DNA from: a virus
Taxonomy: Duplodnaviria > Caudoviricetes
Virus record (IMG/VR): IMGVR_UViG_3300030397_000085
Coordinates: 1 to 40,141 of that record
DNA: 40,141 nt
Reading direction: 5' to 3' (one strand)
Below the pieces are notes generated by a model. The model was not told where the DNA came from. It saw only the letters and a program-made list of their open reading frames with translations, and made no database searches. The position numbers and the translations under genes were made by a program. Each line of letters starts with the position of its first letter. Within the stretch, counting starts at the first letter, position 1. Positions 36,853 to 40,141 of this stretch are shown here, piece after piece.

Positions 36853-37412
36853 TGAAGTTCTTTAGTCGAGTGAAAATCGGAGTTCCTGTCGCACTGGCAG
36901 GAGCTCACATACTAAGACAACTGAAGATAAAAGATGGTGACATGGTAAACATTGATAACCTAAGAAACCTTGGAATTGGTGAGGTTGACGCGAGAATTGA
37001 ACTGTTGATGACAAGAATAAACTCGTTTCAGATTCGAGAGCTTTCTGCCTATGATCATCCAATCAAGATTGAGCAGGGAATGTGTCAATTTCTTGTAAAG
37101 AACGTTGACAAGTCTGAATACCTTGACATTATCGTCTTGCACAAAAATGCTGCTTGGATGGAAGACATGTTCGAAAGCTATCTTGAAGTTATTCCTGAAT
37201 ATGTTGATGACAGCTATATAAGAACCATTAAGGAAATAGCAAAGGCTTTCCCAGATGATTTAGAGGTGGCCAGGTTTGATGTTCAAGCCTCCATCGATGA
37301 CTTAGAAGACAATAAAGGCTCACTGGTTCTGTGGAATAACACCAGAAGGAATGATATCAATGCCGAAATAATCCGAAGAGTGGCAAGAAACACCGGAATA
37401 GACCTTGGATAA
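36852..37412 (+). CDS. Hypothetical protein
   Basis: Coupled ORF. Confidence 0.6.
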   Translation: MKFFSRVKIGVPVALAGAHILRQLKIKDGDMVNIDNLRNLGIGEVDARIELLMTRINSFQIRELSAYDHPIKIEQGMCQFLVKNVDKSEYLDIIVLHKNAAWMEDMFESYLEVIPEYVDDSYIRTIKEIAKAFPDDLEVARFDVQASIDDLEDNKGSLVLWNNTRRNDINAEIIRRVARNTGIDLG

Positions 37413-37414
37413 CT

Positions 37415-37789
37415 ATGCTTCGCTATATAACAGATTTGTTAGAGCCTGATACTGGAGTAGCTGACCTGTTTGGAGGCCTATTAGCTTCTATCAATACAGA
37501 GGAGAATATTTACCTTCTTACCATCAACGCTACTGACGAAGATAACCGATTCAGTCCAAGATGTGCACTAGTGGAAGAAATTGGATTGCTGGAAGTTAAA
37601 CGCAGATTTGGAGAAGAAGACTATAAACCGCACGCACTCGCATATGCAAAGCAGAGTAGAACAATCAAACGGCTAGTCCAGGAAGGTGCAGAGCTTGAAA
37701 AAATCCCAGTCGAAGCAGTTATACAGGAATATTATAAGAGAAATCTGGGCAAAGCACCTGAGGTCAAAGGAAGAACCTTACTCCTTTGA
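37415..37789 (+). CDS. Hypothetical protein
   Basis: In-operon ORF; its 3' end overlaps the next gene. Confidence 0.5.
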   Translation: MLRYITDLLEPDTGVADLFGGLLASINTEENIYLLTINATDEDNRFSPRCALVEEIGLLEVKRRFGEEDYKPHALAYAKQSRTIKRLVQEGAELEKIPVEAVIQEYYKRNLGKAPEVKGRTLLL

Positions 37790-38483
37790 AGGCTACCGAG
37801 TGTCCATGATTGGTGGATGTCTATTAAAGCACGTCTACTACAAGGATGCTGCCGTAGGAACGCTGAAAGATGATCAACTGATAAACTTACAGACTGGAAC
37901 ACTGTTGCATGCAAGCAGAGAGACTGCTGTCAGAAAGTATGAGAAAGAGTTAAAGGCCCTAATCAAGGAACAGTTTGGTGAAGAGCCCATAGCTATATAC
38001 CAGGAAATGAGAATTACTGATCCTGACACTGGAGTCACTGGCCATCCTGATATAATTATAGAATACGAGAATCACTTTGATATTATCGATGACAAGTACG
38101 TTAAGATGTACAAGTACAAGAAAACCTTTGCAAGAGCCAAGAGAGATCGTGATCCCAAGAACCTAGACAATTACAAGATGCAGATTATACAGTATGCACT
38201 GATCTTTGAGAAGATGTCTGGCAAGAAAATGAGACATGCTATTATAATGCTAGGCAAGAAAGATGACCTATTCCAGAGAGAAGTGCCAGTATACAAGTCA
38301 GAATGGGAAGATGCTATAAAGAAATACTGGAAAGACCTGGAAGAACTCGATCAAGCTACAAAGATACTGGGAGTAATGCCTGGAGTAACCTATGGCGTAC
38401 CATTTCATTCATGGGAGTGTAATTACTGTAGATATAAAGCGCACTGTTTTCCAAACGAGCCAGCTGATGACGTCCCATTCTAA
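37686..38483 (+). CDS. Cas4-like PD-(D/E)XK exonuclease with Fe-S cysteines
   Basis: GGC, GTLLH, GHPD, IIDDK, QIIQYA, CNYCRYKAHC, DDVPF tail; start uncertain. Confidence 0.8.
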   Translation: MQSLKKSQSKQLYRNIIREIWAKHLRSKEEPYSFEGYRVSMIGGCLLKHVYYKDAAVGTLKDDQLINLQTGTLLHASRETAVRKYEKELKALIKEQFGEEPIAIYQEMRITDPDTGVTGHPDIIIEYENHFDIIDDKYVKMYKYKKTFARAKRDRDPKNLDNYKMQIIQYALIFEKMSGKKMRHAIIMLGKKDDLFQREVPVYKSEWEDAIKKYWKDLEELDQATKILGVMPGVTYGVPFHSWECNYCRYKAHCFPNEPADDVPF

Positions 38484-38497
38484 TAAGGATAAGCAAA

Positions 38498-39487
38498 ATG
38501 GTGCTACATGACCAAAAAATCAATAACATTATTAAGGCTAACGGAATCGAGATACCTGGGCTTAAGTTTACTTGTTCACGCTGTCATAAAGTTGGGCCAA
38601 ACAATACTGGCATATTACCCGTTGATAACAATCATGAGAACAAAATCTGTATTGACTGTGCAAGGAAACGATACAACCTATGTGATAAATGCTGTAAGTT
38701 CTTCATTGGAAGGTGTAAGTGTGAAGGACCTGCACAGGATAATCGTAATGCCAATCTGATTCATTATGCATTTATCAATGACTGGAAAATCTTTGGTGAT
38801 GCTGGTGAGCCAACATTCGGAGTAGAGATTGAAGCCTGGCAAATGAAAGGAAGCAGAACAATAAACGCTGTAGCTGGAGAGCTGAACAAAAAGTACAGTG
38901 ACATAGCCAAGGTAAAACATGACGGTAGCATCCGAGACAAGAGGGGCTTAGAGGTTGTACTGTCACCGATGACATATAGCTGGATGATTCAGAACTCAAC
39001 CAGAATAGAACAAATACTGAAGGACCTAAAAGCAAATGGCTTTGTTGCAGCAATGGAGCGTACCTGTGCTGGCCATGTACATTACTCGGCTCAAGACATA
39101 ACGAATAAGCAGCTGATCAGAATCGAAGAATACTTTATCAATCACCCTGGAGTAATGAGAGTTATATCAAGAAGACAGCGCTATGGTCATCACTGGGATA
39201 TCGGAGAAGCCACTGTAAGGGCCGCTGAGACGTTCTCTTCTCGTCGTAACCGTTATATTAACTACAACAATGTATCGACCGTAGAACTGCGGTTTCTGGC
39301 CGGTATAACGTCACTCCATCACTTCTTTTACAATGTAGAGATTACTGATGCTATTATGGAGTTCGGCAAGAAAAAGTCAACTGGAAGGAATTCTGGACCT
39401 GGATCATTCAAATCATTTGTGAGAGGGAATCGTCAAAAATGGCCAAACGCCTGGGAGTACCTAAAGAATGTGCGTAATAGTCTATAA
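38498..39487 (+). CDS. Amidoligase (Amidoligase_2, glutamine synthetase-like fold) with Cys-rich N-terminus
   Basis: FGVEIE, KHDGS, GLEVV, CAGHVH, TVELRF; N-terminal CSRC, CIDC, CDKC. Confidence 0.85.
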   Translation: MVLHDQKINNIIKANGIEIPGLKFTCSRCHKVGPNNTGILPVDNNHENKICIDCARKRYNLCDKCCKFFIGRCKCEGPAQDNRNANLIHYAFINDWKIFGDAGEPTFGVEIEAWQMKGSRTINAVAGELNKKYSDIAKVKHDGSIRDKRGLEVVLSPMTYSWMIQNSTRIEQILKDLKANGFVAAMERTCAGHVHYSAQDITNKQLIRIEEYFINHPGVMRVISRRQRYGHHWDIGEATVRAAETFSSRRNRYINYNNVSTVELRFLAGITSLHHFFYNVEITDAIMEFGKKKSTGRNSGPGSFKSFVRGNRQKWPNAWEYLKNVRNSL

Positions 39488-40124
39488 GCCAAGCGGCCAA
39501 GAGTTCAATATGAAGGAGCTTGAGGCTTGCTCTCAAGAGTTTACCGATGGTATGGGCTATGTATCCTTTAATCCGGCCACAAAGAAGATTACGCAGAAGA
39601 AGATTACAGAGGGCACAGTAGAAGACCTGTTGAAGAACTGGAAGAAAATCAAGAACCACAAAGATCACTCTACCTTTATACACTTTAGAAAAGCCTCAAT
39701 GGGTGAAGTCTCTACGGATAATACCCAGCCTCTCATTACTAAGCGATATGTATTTGCCCATAATGGAACAATTTCAGAGGTAAGGGGTAAGGTGAAGAAT
39801 GGAGAATCTGATTCTGTATATCTGGGAAGGAACTATCTAGACGACCTTAACATCAATAAAGCTTCTCACATGGACCTTTTGAAAAACTTTATTGGCTCTG
39901 ATCGTCTTATAGTTATGAACAAGAAGACTGGCGAAGTAAAGATACTGAATGAGTCACCTGTTGGGTCCTGGAGAAACAAGCTATGGTACAGTAATCTTAG
40001 ATGGTCGTACAGAATGCATCAGTCCAAGAAGAATAAAAAGAACAGGAACAAAAGAGGGGGGCGATCGCAAGACCCGAGCGACCGTAGATCGGAAGAATAC
40101 TGGAACACGCTCTATGCCAGTCCT
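39468..40124 (+). CDS. Class II (Ntn) glutamine amidotransferase, 3'-truncated
   Basis: Not in the ORF track: MCVIVYKP (Cys after Met), DGMG, HFRKAS, QP, AHNG, SDS, WYSN. Confidence 0.85.
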
Positions 40125-40141
40125 GATCGTGACTGGGAAAC
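40125..40141 (-). other. Random-amplification primer, reverse complement; library artefact
   Basis: GATCGTGACTGGGAAAC. Confidence 0.92.

Noticed and set aside
37686-38483. Cas4 as evidence of CRISPR-Cas
   Set aside because: No repeat-spacer array or other cas gene seen; stand-alone Cas4-like nucleases are common in phages
40086-40096. AGATCGGAAGA resembles the Illumina adapter start
   Set aside because: The match stops after 11 nt and lies within an open frame; probably chance
18-40124. Stop-codon reassignment as in some crAss-like phages
   Set aside because: Long genes are intact in the standard code, and TAA, TAG and TGA all end coupled genes
1-40141. Perfect 17-bp terminal inverted repeat suggesting a linear genome or transposon ends
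   Set aside because: It is the random-amplification primer GTTTCCCAGTCACGATC, and both ends cut genes

Overview
This is a 40-kb fragment of a tailed dsDNA phage, podovirus-like by gene content: P22-like portal, HK97-type capsid, tail-nozzle-like gene, and no tape-measure gene in the window. It is truncated at both ends by a random-amplification primer (GTTTCCCAGTCACGATC). The minus-strand arm (1-25.3 kb) holds the packaging, head and tail genes. It also carries a nonulosonic-acid cassette between terL and portal (HAD phosphatase, NeuA-like, GT-B transferase-like, NeuB-like), a second sialyltransferase/Maf-like gene beside the capsid decoration genes, three tail-region genes with Sec-type signal peptides, an Acb2/Tad1-like helix, RusA, an RNase H-like exonuclease, and unannotated arrays of zinc-finger microproteins. 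The plus-strand arm (25.6-40.1 kb) holds many small early-type genes, candidate structured RNAs, a 2OG-Fe(II) oxygenase, an outer-membrane beta-barrel, an SSB-like protein, an SPFH protein, a Cas4-like nuclease and a phiEco32-type gamma-glutamyl/amidoligase cluster. Shine-Dalgarno use, sigma70-like promoters and the beta-barrel point to a diderm host, probably not Bacteroidia (inference). All family assignments come from motifs read by eye; no database searches were run.
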